A stretch of DNA of 64,000 nucleotides from Octopus sinensis (lineage: Eukaryota), in assembly GCF_006345805.1 (NCBI RefSeq), contig NC_043025.1, forward strand, positions 12,090,001 through 12,154,000. The letters run 5' to 3'. Positions 36,914 to 48,884 of this stretch are shown here, piece by piece. Positions within the stretch are counted from its first letter, which is position 1. Every line of letters begins with the position of its first letter. The position numbers and the translations under genes were made by a program. The notes beneath the pieces are model-generated. The model was not told the DNA's origin. It did no database searches and saw only the letters and a list, made by a program, of their open reading frames with translations.

Positions 36914-38466
36914 ATGGGAAAAAGTTTGAAGTGCACCAGCTGTGAGAAAACGTTCAAATATAATTATTTGTTACTTCAGCACCTGAAGAGCCATTCCAGT
37001 GACGGTCCATTGTATCCTTGCAGTTGTTGTCCACAGATATTTTCCGATTTTGAGCAGTTCTCCACTCACCAGCTGATCCACAGCACGGACACGAGGGAGA
37101 AGAATTATATTCCGAATTTCCAAAGCACTGCTTACCTGGGCATGAACGACAGCGTGAGTATGAACGTGGGGAAACTTCAGCAACATCATCAACAACAGCA
37201 GCAGCAGCAGCGAATGGGGTCGCTTCCAGGACAGACCTCGACTTCGTCGTCCAAGTGCCAGATGTGTTATCGCAGCTTTGACAGCTTCGAAGAACTCAAC
37301 GAGCACATGGTTGTGCACGTCCTCGGTGGCTCCGGGGTGCCGTCGCCCCTCGACAGCAACATGACCTACCCCAAGTATTACGTGGAGAACAACTTTGGAA
37401 ACAGCAGCAGCATTGGCGGTGGTGGGAGTAGTACTACGGCCAGCACGCCTGAGCCGCCGAGCAATGACATTACGTCAAACAGAGCCGGGTTGAGAGACAG
37501 GCCCCGCGTTGGCATCAAGCAGTGCCAAAATTGTGAGAAGAGCTTCAAGAACCTCTCTGAACTGCAGTCACACGAGTGTATGTACTCGGGCGAGAGGCTT
37601 TTCAAGTGTGAGTACTGCGGGGCTTCGTTTACAGACAGCGTGAAGCTCGACCAACACGTGAAGACGCACTCACAGTCGCAGCCCCAGGGTCGGCTGTTGA
37701 AGTGCACCTTCTGCAACCGGGCGTTCGCCGAGGCCGGGAAACTGCAACGGCACCAGCGAACACACACGGGGGACCGGCCCTACAAATGCACGCGCTGTCA
37801 GAAGCAGTTCCGCACGTCTGGCGCACTGAACGTGCACCAGCGGATTCATACCGGGGCGAGACCCTATCAGTGTGACCAGTGCGGAGACACGTTCACAACT
37901 TCGAGCAGCCTGGTGGCGCATAAGCGCACACACAGCGGGGAGCGGCCCTTCCGCTGTTCACTGTGTCCAAAGGCGTTCACGACATCCGGTAACCTTACTG
38001 TGCATTTGCGGTCGCACACCGACGAGAAACCCTACCATGCGACGTGTGCCGCAAGGCGTTCACCACGTACGGCAACCTCAACGTGCACCTGCGCACGCAC
38101 ACGGGGGAGCGGCCGTTCAAGTGCGACTTCTGCCAGAAGACCTTCTCCGTGTCCGGAAACCTCAGCGTCCACCTCAAGACCCACAACAAGTCCTCGGCGT
38201 CGTTGACGACCACGAAATCCCTTAGCAACGATGAGCAGCAGCAGCAGATGCAACAACAAATGCTGCAGCAGCACCAAAGCGGGAACAACAACAACAGCAG
38301 CAGCAACAATGGTGGTGATGAGGGAGAGAATGAAATCTGCGAAGAGGAAGAGGACGACGAAGAGGAAGAAGAGGACATCGAAGAGGTGGAGGAGGAGGAA
38401 GACGAGGACGACATCTCCGGCACGACGCCCGTCTATGACATCATGAAATCATCGTTTACATCTTGA
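36914..38466 (+). CDS. C2H2 zinc-finger protein (about 11 fingers, poly-Q tracts, acidic C-terminal tail); 1-nt frameshift at about 38036
   Basis: ORFs 36914-38206 and 38044-38466 overlap in different frames. Repeated CxxC..F..L..HxxxH fingers with TGERP/TGDRP/TGARP linkers. At the break TAC CA TGC GAC GTG TGC would read Y-x-C-D-V-C with one extra base. Upstream acceptor TTGCAG ends at 36776. Confidence 0.88.
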
Positions 38467-40974
38467 CTGATCTGATAAATTACAAAAGAAAAGAAAAAGA
38501 AAGGAAAGAAAAAATACATAAATATCAAAAACAAAATAACATAAACAAACAGAAAACAAACAAAGCAAAAAATTTATTTATTTGATTAATTTTTATTTAT
38601 TTTAGTCATTAATTACCTTTTTACCATTTTTATTTCATGTTTTAAGATGAAATAATGTGTCGTAAGTGCTATCAAAACTGGATTGTTTTTTTCTATTTTC
38701 TTGTATACATACATCTCTCTCTCTGAGGAATTTCTGACTAAGAGTAACAACGTATTGGAATTAACACGCCCCCAATTAATAATTCCTTTAACGAATGGAA
38801 TTGTCAAATAACTGATTCTAATTGTCATACCATTTTTAAAAAGTATAAAAACTCAATTTTAAAATATTACTTGTTTCCCTGTATTTTTTTTTCTTTCTTT
38901 ATGTTTTACTCTCTTTTACTTGTTTCAGTCATTTGACTGCGGCCATGCTGGAGCACCGCCTTTTTTTTAGTCAAGCAAATCGACCCCAGGACTTATTCTT
39001 TGTAAGCCCAATACTTATTCTATCGGTCTCTTTTGCCGAACCGCTAAGTAACGGGGACGTAAACACACCAGCATCGGTTGTCAAGCAATGCTAGGGGGAC
39101 AGACACACACACATACATACATATATATATATGATAGGATTCTTTCAGTTTCCATCTACCAAATCCACTCGCAAGGCATTGGTCGGCCCAGGGCTATAGT
39201 AGAAGACACTTACCCAAGGTGCCACGCAGTGGGACTAAACCCGGAACCATGTGGCTGGTTAGCAAGCTACTTACCACACAGCCACTGCTGCGCCTTGTTT
39301 ACCTTTTTTTTATCCTCTCCCCTCCTCTAATGAAGGTGACCTGTCCAAGCCCTACCTGTATGATATTTATCTCTCACCTGATGGGGCATATATTTTGTTG
39401 ATTCTACCTCTGTTGGATGTGTAAACTCTGTGTGTGTCTGTCCCCCACAACTACTTGACAACCAGTATTGGTTTGTTTATGCCCTCGTAACTTAGTTCAG
39501 CAAAAGAGACCAATAGACTAAGTACTAGGCTTTAAAAAAATAAAATACTGGGGTCTATTTAAGGCAGTGCTCCAGCATGGCCACAGTGTAATGACAGAAA
39601 CTTGTAAAAGAAAAGATTTGGTGCTCCTCACCCAGCTGTCTGACCCCTAAAGCCAGTTCCTCAGTTTCCATGACAGGTAAGTGACTGAGACCCCACCAAC
39701 AACTGCCCTGAACAGGACACTGGTCCTATTGCAGAGTTCAAGGTCAGAAGTTTTGCAGGGAGTGAGCAGGTCAATTACATCGACCCCACAGTATGACTGG
39801 TATTTTGTTTTATTGACCCTGAAAGGATGAATGAGAAGTAAAGTTCAGTGTGTTGGGATTTGAACTCAAGATGTTGCTAAGCATTTTGTCTGATGCTGAA
39901 GTTATGGCCAGTGTCATGTAGGGGGGACACTTCTGCTGCTGATGTAGAGGGCACCCTTGCCTGTGATACAACAATGCAAGGACTTGGTGCATTTCAAGTA
40001 TTAACAGATGCTCAGGGAAGGAAGAAAAGGTAGTTTTACATTTTGAGCAAAGCTCTTCTTCAGAAAGAGAAGACAGAGGGAGAAAAAAAATTGGCCAACA
40101 ATCCACATGTAGTTACGTTTATATATTTACCACATGAACTACGATGAGAAAGATATAGTATATAATTTCTTTTGTGCTGGGGGTTCCTTGAGACATGTAA
40201 TATATTTTAAGGGTTGCGCAAGGGTAAAAAGGTTGAGAAACACTGCCCCAAATTAGGCACAGGAGTGGCTGTGTGGTAAGTAGCTTGCTTACCAACCACA
40301 TGGTTACGAGTTCATTCCAAGTGCGTGACACCTTGGGCAAGTGTCTTCTGCTATAGCCCCGGGCTGACCAATGCCTTGCGAGTGGATTTGGTAGACGGAA
40401 ACTGAAAGAAGCCTGTCGGATATACGTGTGTTTGTCCCACCCAACATCGCTTGACAATCAATGCTGGTGTGTTTGCGTCCCCGTAACTTAGAGGTTTGGC
40501 AAAAGAGACTGATAGAATAAGTACCAGGTTTACAAAGAATAAGTTCTGGGGTTGATTTGCTTGAGTAAAGGCAGTGCCCCAGCATGGCCACAGTCACATG
40601 ACTGAAACAAGTAATGGCTGAAAAATACAAGCAGCTGAATCGGGGTTCCCTCCTCTGGAGTAACGCCACGCTGTAGGGTGTGTAGCTTGTAGTTTAGGCA
40701 AACCACTGTCTGTCCACATTGAGAGGTCACAGCTCTGGTACGTGATTAGAATGTCACAAGATGGATTCTTCGAGCCAAGTGGCAGGAGACTCGAGGGTAG
40801 ATTAAGAATGAGATGTCTGGATGCTATCTGTATTGGCGACGCTCTGGAAAAATCTAATGACGGTTGCTCCTGATATGAATGACTCTAGGAAGGAGGCACC
40901 TGAGAACTCTAAGCCTATAACCCTCTCTTGAAGAGTGAGCAGAGAAGATGGATGGTTAAGAATATCTCTATATA

Positions 40975-41326
40975 TATAAACAGCAAAATGTCTGTGTGTG
41001 TGTCCTTTATACAAATCCACAATCTTTCAGTTAGAGGGCTTGCACTTTCTATGGTCATTCAAAACCGTCCAAGGGTGGTCGTGCACGTCTTTACATTTCC
41101 CCAGTCCACCCAGCAAAGCCGCACTTTCTATGGTCATTCAAAACCGTCCAAGGGTGGTCGTGCACGTCTTTACATTTCCCCAGTCACCCGCAAAGCCATT
41201 AAAAAAATCAATAGAAGTGACTTTTTTGTGAATTTTCTATCCAAAATGCCCGAAACTTGATACACCAATTGAATGCCAGCTAGCTGTATGTGTGCATGCA
41301 CTAGCATTATGACCCAGCACTGCTAG
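40975..41326 (+). mobile_element. Non-autonomous Helitron (same family as 47441-47738) with an internal tandem duplication
   Basis: Starts TCTCTATATATATAAACAGCAAAATGTCTG; GCACTTTCTATGGTCATTCAAAACCGTCCAAGGGTGGTCGTGCACGTCTTTACATTTCCCCAGTC occurs twice; ends ..CCCAGCACTGCTAG|T. Confidence 0.7.
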
Positions 41327-42059
41327 TTCACGATAAGTGGTGAGACCAGAATGAAAGATTCTGGAATTTGCAGTTGAGAAGAGAAAATATGATATGGCAT
41401 AAGATATGTCTAAAACCTATAATAGCAGAATGAAGAATGGACATTAAGGCATTGATCATCATTGTTTAACGTCCGCTTTCCATGCTAGCATGGGTTGGAC
41501 GTATGACTGAGGGCTGGTGAACCAGATGGCTGCACCAGGCTTCAATCTTGATCATGCAGAGGTTCTACAGATGGATGCACGGGGCCAGTCAGGCAGTACT
41601 GGCAATGACCTTGCTTGAATCTTTTACACATGATCAGGATAATAATGATGATTCACAAATTAAATTAACTAATCTGAATTGATTTGAAGTAAAAGTTAAA
41701 CTGACACCTGCAAATTAACATTTAGCTCAACCATCTTCCAGAAGCACCTTTTTGATGTAAATAATTTTTGGTGTTAATATGGTCCAATTTGAATTATTTT
41801 TTTCTACGGATGGAAGAGCAAGCCTTCTTCTATCATACTCTCAATTTTGGTCAACTTGCGCCATAGGGTCTCGGAGGAGATAGTGTTAGTTGAAGGCTAC
41901 CACACACAGACAACTTCAGCTTTATATATATATAGAGATAATTACCACAGCCAGCTTTAAGAATAAATCTATATATATGTGTATGGAATAATTACTATGA
42001 AGTATTGTGTAGAAGATATTGTATAAAGGATCATGGGTAAGGCCAAAACAATGCAAAGT

Positions 42060-44105
42060 AAATCAAGAAAACAAATATGAGGATTAATGTTGACTTACCT
42101 TGTATTCAATGCTTCAGACATTCTAAGGTTGCCTCTGTTCTGCTGTGTTGCCTTGATGTGAACTCCCGGGTCTGGCATTGCTGTAGATGTTTCTTCATAG
42201 AAGTGTCTGCCTGCTTGTGTTCCTTAATGCGTATATGCAGTTTCCTTGTCGTGCTTCCAATCTAGGGTGTGTCACATTTGCCACAGATGATCTCATATAC
42301 AACATGGGTCCTCTGGCACAATTCAGGGTCATTGATGGGGCAGTTTGACAATGTGTACTCATCGGCGTAGTGAGAGGTGTTCTTGGACAGAGCTTTAATC
42401 AGGGAAGGGCCAATGAGCACTATCTCTATGTCGAGTCCTTCTCTGGGGACTGCATGTTGTATCGCTACAATAGTTCTGTCAAAGTGTGGCAGCTTTAGGA
42501 GGCACATGCTGGACTTGGCACTAGGATAATTCTTCCAGCATTTATTGACCTCGACGTTCTTCAGGCGCCATTGTTTAGCTAAAGATGGTGGTTAGCCATT
42601 CAGGGTTGGGTCTCTGAGGAACCGTTTGGGGTTGACAGCTTTGTCGGTCATGTCCTGCAATTGTTTATATGTGCAATCTCGTTTCTCAGGTATGTGGCTT
42701 TGGCTCTGGTGGGCAAGGCTAATTGGTAGTGGACGATAAGTTTTCTATTGGCAGCGGCTTTTCTGTAGAATTTGGTAAATATGGAGCCTTCCACTGCGAT
42801 CTTGATTTGGAAGTTGAGTAGAGAGAGAGTTTCGGATTCGTCTGGATGTTCAATCTCGAATTTGATGTTTATGTCAGTGTTAATGAAGGTCCAGTGTATG
42901 TTAATGGCCTAATCCCTGGAGGAACGGATGATACCAATGTACCTGGAGAAGATGCGTGAGTGGCAGGTATTGAGTACTGTGCGTTCTAGCTTATCCATGT
43001 ACATGATGGCCAGCAGGCCAGCAGGCCTGATAGGCTAGATCCCATACTTAGGCCGGTCGGAAGTCCGTTTGTAAATCACTGTTATATTGGAAGGAGGCGT
43101 TACCAACTATAATGGGCAGTAACTCTTGTATGTCCAAGGGTGTGAGACCGAAGAGCAGGAGGTTGATGGATGGGGAGGTGGAAGAAGATGAAGGGAAAGA
43201 TGGGGAGAGGAGGCTGCAGGGACGGAAGGAAAAGGGAGGTGGGGACAAGGAGATATGGGGGAGATAAGGACATGATGTGGTCTATGAGGATACCTATTTC
43301 TTTACTACCCGCAGGGGACTAAACACAGAGGGGACAGACAAACAGATTAAGTCGATTATATCGACCCCAGTGCGTTACTTAATTTATCAACCCCGAAAGG
43401 ATGAAAGGCAAAGTCAACCTCGGCGGAATTTGAACTCAGAACGTAACGGCAGACGAAATACCTATTTCTTTACTACCCACAAGGGGCTAAATACAGAGGA
43501 GACAAACGGATTAAGTCAATTATATCGACCCCAGTGCGTAACTGGTACTTATTTAATCGACCCCGAAAGGATGAATGGCAAAGTAGACCTCGGCGAAATT
43601 TGAACTCACAACGTAAAGACAGACGAAACACCGCTAAGCATTTCACCCGGTGTGCTAACGTTTCTGCCAGCTCGCCACCTTATCTATGAGGATACCAACG
43701 GCTGGGAGAGTGGGTACAGAGGTGTAGAGGGAAACGACATCGAAGCTAAAAGGGTATTTGTTAGTTTTAAGTGTGGAGGGGCCGATATCTTTGAGTATTG
43801 TGAGGATTTCATGGGAGCTGCTGACGTGTCCTGGGAATGCATGTAGTAAGGGCTTGAGTAGTTTAGAGAGGAGCCAAGAAATCTTATAGAAAGGACCATA
43901 GGTCCTCTGGTTCAATTCAGGGGCAGTTTGACAATGTGTACTCATCGGAGTAGTGAGAGGTGTTCTTGGACAGAGCTTTTCTCAGGGAAGGGCCAATGAG
44001 CACTATCTCTATGTCGAGTCCTTCTCTGGGGACTGTGTGTTGTATCACTACAATAGTTCTGTTGTCAAAGTGTGGCAGCTTTAGGAAGCACATGCCGGAC
44101 TTGGA
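42060..44105 (-). mobile_element. Degraded Penelope-like element (RT plus GIY-YIG endonuclease), interrupted by a SINE
   Basis: Minus strand: SFDVVSLYTSVP (43.7 kb), GLSMGSSLSGLLA..IMYMDKLE..FSRYIG, IKFEIEHPD..TKFYRK, and VVYEIICGKCDTP*IGSTTRKLHIRIKEH (GIY-YIG-like). A roughly 190-nt pre-endonuclease block is duplicated at 43920-44105. Confidence 0.82.
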
Positions 44106-44129
44106 AGCATGATATTTCTTCCGGTGTTT

Positions 44130-44660
44130 ATGAAAACAAGGCATTTGTACTACAGAGCCAGAGGTGGTTTCAACCAGGTTGGTATCAAAAGGGTTAAGAA
44201 TTGTTTCTCTATTATATATCTTAACCCTTTTGTTACCATATTTCTGTTGAGATGCTCCGTATTTCTTTCAATTAATTTTAAATATAACAAAGAATTTAGT
44301 AAAATAACTTGGTTATCATTCAGCTAGTGTTAGGAACATAAATTGTGACTAAGGTTTGGATCGTTTTGCCTGGCTAGGTTCAGAGTCCCCTAGATCGGGG
44401 CTGCCCAGAGCGGGTGCCAGGCCCATTCGAAGCCGGTGGTGTTCATCGGCCCAAGAGTCGGGTTGCTTGGGAACGCAGCCCAAAGCGGGTGGTAAGTTCC
44501 ATCCAAGGCTAAATACGGGGACGAGTCCGATAGCCGACAAGTACCGCGAGGGAAAGTTGAAAACAACTTTGGAGAGAGAGTTCAGAACTTATGAAAACAA
44601 GACATTTGTACTACAGAGCCAGAGGCGGTTTTAGCCGGATTGGTAACAAAAGGGTTAAAC
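44130..44660 (+). mobile_element. Tandem TTAA-flanked MITEs (first partial); the second unit carries the 28S insert
   Basis: ..GGTATCAAAAGGGTTAA-GAATTGTTTCTCTATTATATATC-TTAACCCTTTTGTTACCATATTTCTG..GTGACTAAGGTTTGG[28S]TTCAGAACTTATGAAAACAAGAC..AAAGGGTTAA. Confidence 0.75.
44360..44584 (+). rRNA. 28S rRNA gene fragment (5' region/D1), non-functional, inserted within a MITE
   Basis: GAGTCGGGTTGCTTGGGAACGCAGCCCAAAGCGGGTGGTAAGTTCCATCCAAGGCTAAATAC...GATAGCCGACAAGTACCGCGAGGGAAAGTTGAAAACAACTTTGGAGAGAGAGTTCA closely follows the conserved 5' core of eukaryotic LSU rRNA as I recall it. Only about 225 nt are present. Confidence 0.9.
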
Positions 44661-44769
44661 TAAATTTTTATCAACTCACCATTTCCAGATTTAAACAGTG
44701 GATACATGTTTCGTGCTTTTCACCAAAATATTCTCTCATTGTTAGAGTTTGTCAGAGGTTTTCTCCATT

Positions 44770-44945
44770 TTCTCTCTATCCGCTCAATAGAAGTTGACTC
44801 TCGGTCACTCGTTGGATCAGTGTCCTCCAGTCAGTTCTATCCTGGGCTGCTTCTTTTAGATTAGCTATGTCCATTCCGGTATCACTCTTTAATGGTTTTA
44901 TCCAGGACAGCCCACAACCACCAAAAGACAAGAGGACCCACACTA
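44770..44945 (-). mobile_element. RTE LINE C-terminal remnant, second family
   Basis: Minus strand SDTGMDIANLKEAAQDRTDWRTLIQRVTES*; the AQDR..WR motif is typical of RTE ORF ends. Confidence 0.55.
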
Positions 44946-45084
44946 AGGATGTATTTTAATGATACTTGTGCTTTTGGCTCCTTACACTACACAGCCTGAC
45001 AGTTTTAATGATTCATTAAGTTTCTTGTCCAGTTTTGGAGTTTTCAGTTATACATCAGCCATAATACAAAAATGTAAATGTGAA

Positions 45085-45660
45085 GGTACATGTAGCCAAG
45101 ATCCTGAGCTTCATAGAGGCAAAGTGGCTGAGGTCCTTTCGAGTGCTGGGCCTCACGGAGGCGAGGTGGCTGAGTTCCTTTCCAACGGGTCTCATGGAGG
45201 TGAGGTGGCCGAGTTCCTTTCCAACGGGTCTCACGGAGGCAAGGTGGCCGAGTTCCTTTCCAACGGGTCTCACAGAGGCAAGGTGGCCGAGTTCCTTTCC
45301 AATGGGTCTCACAGAGACAAGGTGGCCGAGTTCCTTTCCAATGGGTCTCACAGAGACAAGGTGGCCGAGTTCCTTTCCAACGGGTCTCACGGAGGCGAGG
45401 TGGTTGCGTTCCTTTCCAATGGGTCTCACGGAGGCAAAGTTGCTGAGATCCTTCGAGTGCTGGGTCTCATGGAGGCAAGGTGGCTGAGTTCCTTTCCAAC
45501 GGGTCTCACGGAGGCGAGGTGGTTGAGTTCCTTTCCAATGGGTCTCACGGAGGCAAAGTTGCTGAGATCCTTCGAGTGCTGGGTCTCACGGAGGCAAGGT
45601 GGCTGAGTTTCTTTCCAACGGGTCTCATGGAAGCAAAGTGGCTGAGCTCCATCCAAGTGT
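45085..45660. repeat. 39-bp minisatellite (about 14 units, two variants) leading into an RTE-type 3' end
   Basis: GGTGGCTGAGTTCCTTTCCAACGGGTCTCACGGAGGCAA, interspersed with a ..GAGATCCTTCGAGTGCTGGG.. variant. Confidence 0.9.
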
Positions 45661-47440
45661 TGGACCATACGGAGGCAATGACCAAGACCCATCAAGCCGA
45701 GCAAAATCGCAGTCGTGGCAGATACCAGTGTCGTGTAAAAGCATCCATTACACTCTCGGGGTGGTTGGTATTAGGAAGGTCATCCAGCCATAGAAAAGCC
45801 AAATCAGACTAGATCCTGGGACAGCGTGCCAGCCCAGTTAAACTGTCCGACCCATGTCAGCGTGTACAATGGACGTTAAATGATGATATATATATAAGGC
45901 GGAGGGCTGGCAGAAACATTAGTATGCTGGGCAAAATGCTTAGCGGCATTTCGTCTGCTGTTCCGTTCTGAATTTAAATTGTGCTGAGGTTGACTTTGCC
46001 TTCCATCCTTTTGGGGGTTGATTAAATAAGTACCAGTTATGCACTGGGGGTCGATATAATCCACTCAATCCGTTTGTCCCCTATGGGGAATAAAGACATT
46101 TTATATATATATATACTCTGGTGACACCAACCCTACATGTGAAGACCTGTTGAGACAAGTGAAAATCAAAATTGAAATTGATCAACATCAATGGAAATTG
46201 TAGCTGTGATACCAGTGCCAGTGGCATGTAAGGGAACCATCCAAACGTGGCCATTGCCAGCGCCGCGCCGACTGGCACATAAAATGCACCATCTGATCGT
46301 GGCCGTTTGCCAGCCTCGCCTGGCCTCCGTGATGGTGGCACGTAAAAAGCACCATCCGATCATGGCCGTTGCCAGCACTGGCCCCCGTGCCGGTGGCATG
46401 TAAAAAGCACCATCTGATCGTGGCCGTTTGCCAGCCGCCGGTGGCACGTAAAAAGCACCCACTACACTCTCGGAGTGGTTGGCGTTAGGAAGGGCATGCA
46501 GCCATAGAAACATTGCCAGATCAGACTGGGCCTGGTGCAGCCTCCTGGCTACCCAGACCCCAGTTGAACCGTCCAACCCATGCTAGCATGGAAAACGGAC
46601 GTTAAACGATGATGATGATATATATAGGCATAGGCATGGCTGTGTGGTAAGAAACTCGCTTCCCAATCACATAACCACATGGTTATTGGGTTCTGTCCCA
46701 CTGCATGGCACCTTGGGCAAGTGTCTTCTACTATAGCCTCATAGCTGACCAAAAGCTTGTAAGTGGATTTGGTAGATGGAAACTGAAAGAAGCCCATTAT
46801 ATATATATATATATATGAGCGACGGACGTACCAGACTTAGGTACTGAGGCCGATTCATTCGACTAAGAATTCAAGGCGCTGCTCCAGCATAGCTGCAATC
46901 AAATGACTGAAACAACAAAAAATATAGATACATATATATATACATGCATACATGTGTCTGTGTGAGTAAAAAAAAAATGAATAAAAATTGTGTTTCAATG
47001 TTTTATTGTGGCTGATGTTGTTTATGCATTTTCACATTTGTCCAGTTTGTTGATAAAAACCAACCAAGAATATGGTGGGTGAGGGTTCAAATCCTGGCAG
47101 GTCGGATGTCTATAAGTATATGTTGGTATATGTGTGCGATTAGGGGTGGTCATGGTAAGATTAGGCAAACTGAAATGCAGACAAAGAAGGGCTGGGTTAA
47201 CGTCCAACAACAATCTTTTTCTTCACAGTTGGATTCTTACACAAACAGCACCGATTGAGTTGCCCTCCACGTTCTTTACAAGCCGTATGGCCACATTCGA
47301 AGGTACGTTCCATCGACGATCCATACGTATTGTACATGTGGATTGGTCTTCCACTTGGGACCGATCTGAAATGATAAATACACAGGTTTATGTCTGTGGA
47401 TTTAAGCAGACAATCATATATCAGACAATTTATTGGGAAA

Positions 47441-47738
47441 CTAGCACTATGACCCGACAACGCCGGGTCATAGTGCTAGTCAATGCATATACAGCTGCGT
47501 GCGTGCGCACATACACGCGAGTACTGTCCAAATCTCCGACCAATCACATACAGCTAGCTGGCATTCAATTGGTGTATCAAGTTTCGGGCATTTTGATTGA
47601 GGGACTGGGGAAATGTAAAGATGTGCACAACCACCCTTGGACGGTTTCGAATGACCATAGAAAGTGCGAGCCCTCTAACTGAAAAATTGTGGATTTGTAT
47701 AAAGGACACAGACAGACATTTTGCCGTTTATATATATA
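47441..47738 (-). mobile_element. Non-autonomous Helitron
   Basis: Starts TATATATATAAACGGCAAAATGTCTGTCTG; ends in the 16-bp stem CTAGCACTATGACCCG/CGGGTCATAGTGCTAG followed by T. Homologous to 40975-41326. Confidence 0.75.
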
Positions 47739-48884
47739 CTAGCAGCATAGCCCGGCGTTGCTCGGGTATGTAAGAGCCCCTAGTAGGCAACGACTAATCC
47801 TGATCTAGTCTTTTCCCTCAAGGGAACAAAGGTGCATGTGTAGGTTGCAATGTCTTCTCTTCACTCCAATACTTCTGTGTATATGACGTTCCTAGCTGTC
47901 CCTTTGGGCGAAAACATGAAAACATCATTGCGTCTCCCAATGTGTGAACAGCCCACGTAGAGTTGACCGTGGGTGAAGCACTGTTTGCCCAAATGTAACC
48001 CAGCGACTTGTAGCGTTTGGCCTTGGGATTTATTGATGGACATTGCGAAGCAGAGTTTAACAGGAAACTGAGAACGCCTGAAGTGGATTGGTAGGTCAGC
48101 GCCCGACGGTTGACAGTGCATGCGTGGAATGAAGACGTCCTCACCCTTCCCACAACCGGTAAGTATTGTGGCCGTTATTAAATGTGGTGGCAAATGTTTC
48201 ACAACCAGACGTGTGCCGTTGCACTGTTTAGGTGGAACCAAATTTCTGATGAGCATAATGGGCGCACCGACTTTTAACTTCAGGATGTGTGGCAGCAGGC
48301 CTGGCGGTTCAAGTGAATTCAGGAATTCAACAGGATAATCGGCGGGGTCTGCTGTCCTATCAATAGATTTGTAGACGTGGACATCACCAGGAATAGCTTC
48401 AAGTAGCAGGATATTGATGGAGTTGACGGTTGTATTTTTAGGTGCGAGAATAGCTCTGCCTGCCAGCCATTTTAGGTCACGTAAATTGTTTTGTAGGTCG
48501 TGGAAGACAGCGTCCCGGAGGCTAGCAGTGGTGCAAAGTGAGTCCAATTGAACACAGCCGTCCGCATCAGCCGGCATCATATTTTTACCGAGCGATAAAA
48601 GGTCCCTGGAGAATGCAGCAGATCTGCTGTCACCAATCAACTGCGCGCGCATGTTAGTTTGGAGGTGCAAGGGCCGCACATGTGCCCAAAGAGCTGACGA
48701 CTTAAGGCACGCGTGCACGGGATTGGCACAGGTTCCTTTTGGAATAACAGGTAGAGCCTGCCTGAAGTCTCCTAAAAGAAGTAAAGTCAATCCTCCCATG
48801 GGGGCCGTAAAGTCTCTGATGTCTTGCAGGGACCTGTCCAGTGCCTCAAGGACGCCTTTGTGTGCCATAGTGCACTCATCCCAT
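47739..48884 (-). mobile_element. Helitron 3' portion with PIF1-family helicase fragment and canonical 3' end
   Basis: Inside ORF 47861-48988: IWDECTM, GDFRQALPVIPKG, LAPKN, LKLKVGAPIMLIRNL..CNGTRL, QFPVKLCFAMSINKSQGQTL, HGQLYVGCS. Hairpin CCCG-AGCAACGC-CGGG followed by CTAG|T at 47739. The 5' side is truncated at a (TA)n run. Confidence 0.92.

Noticed and set aside
47269-47327. Idea that RNA editing restores the two RING cysteines
   Set aside because: CGU to UGU needs C-to-U editing, not the A-to-I editing known in cephalopods, and the frameshift would remain.
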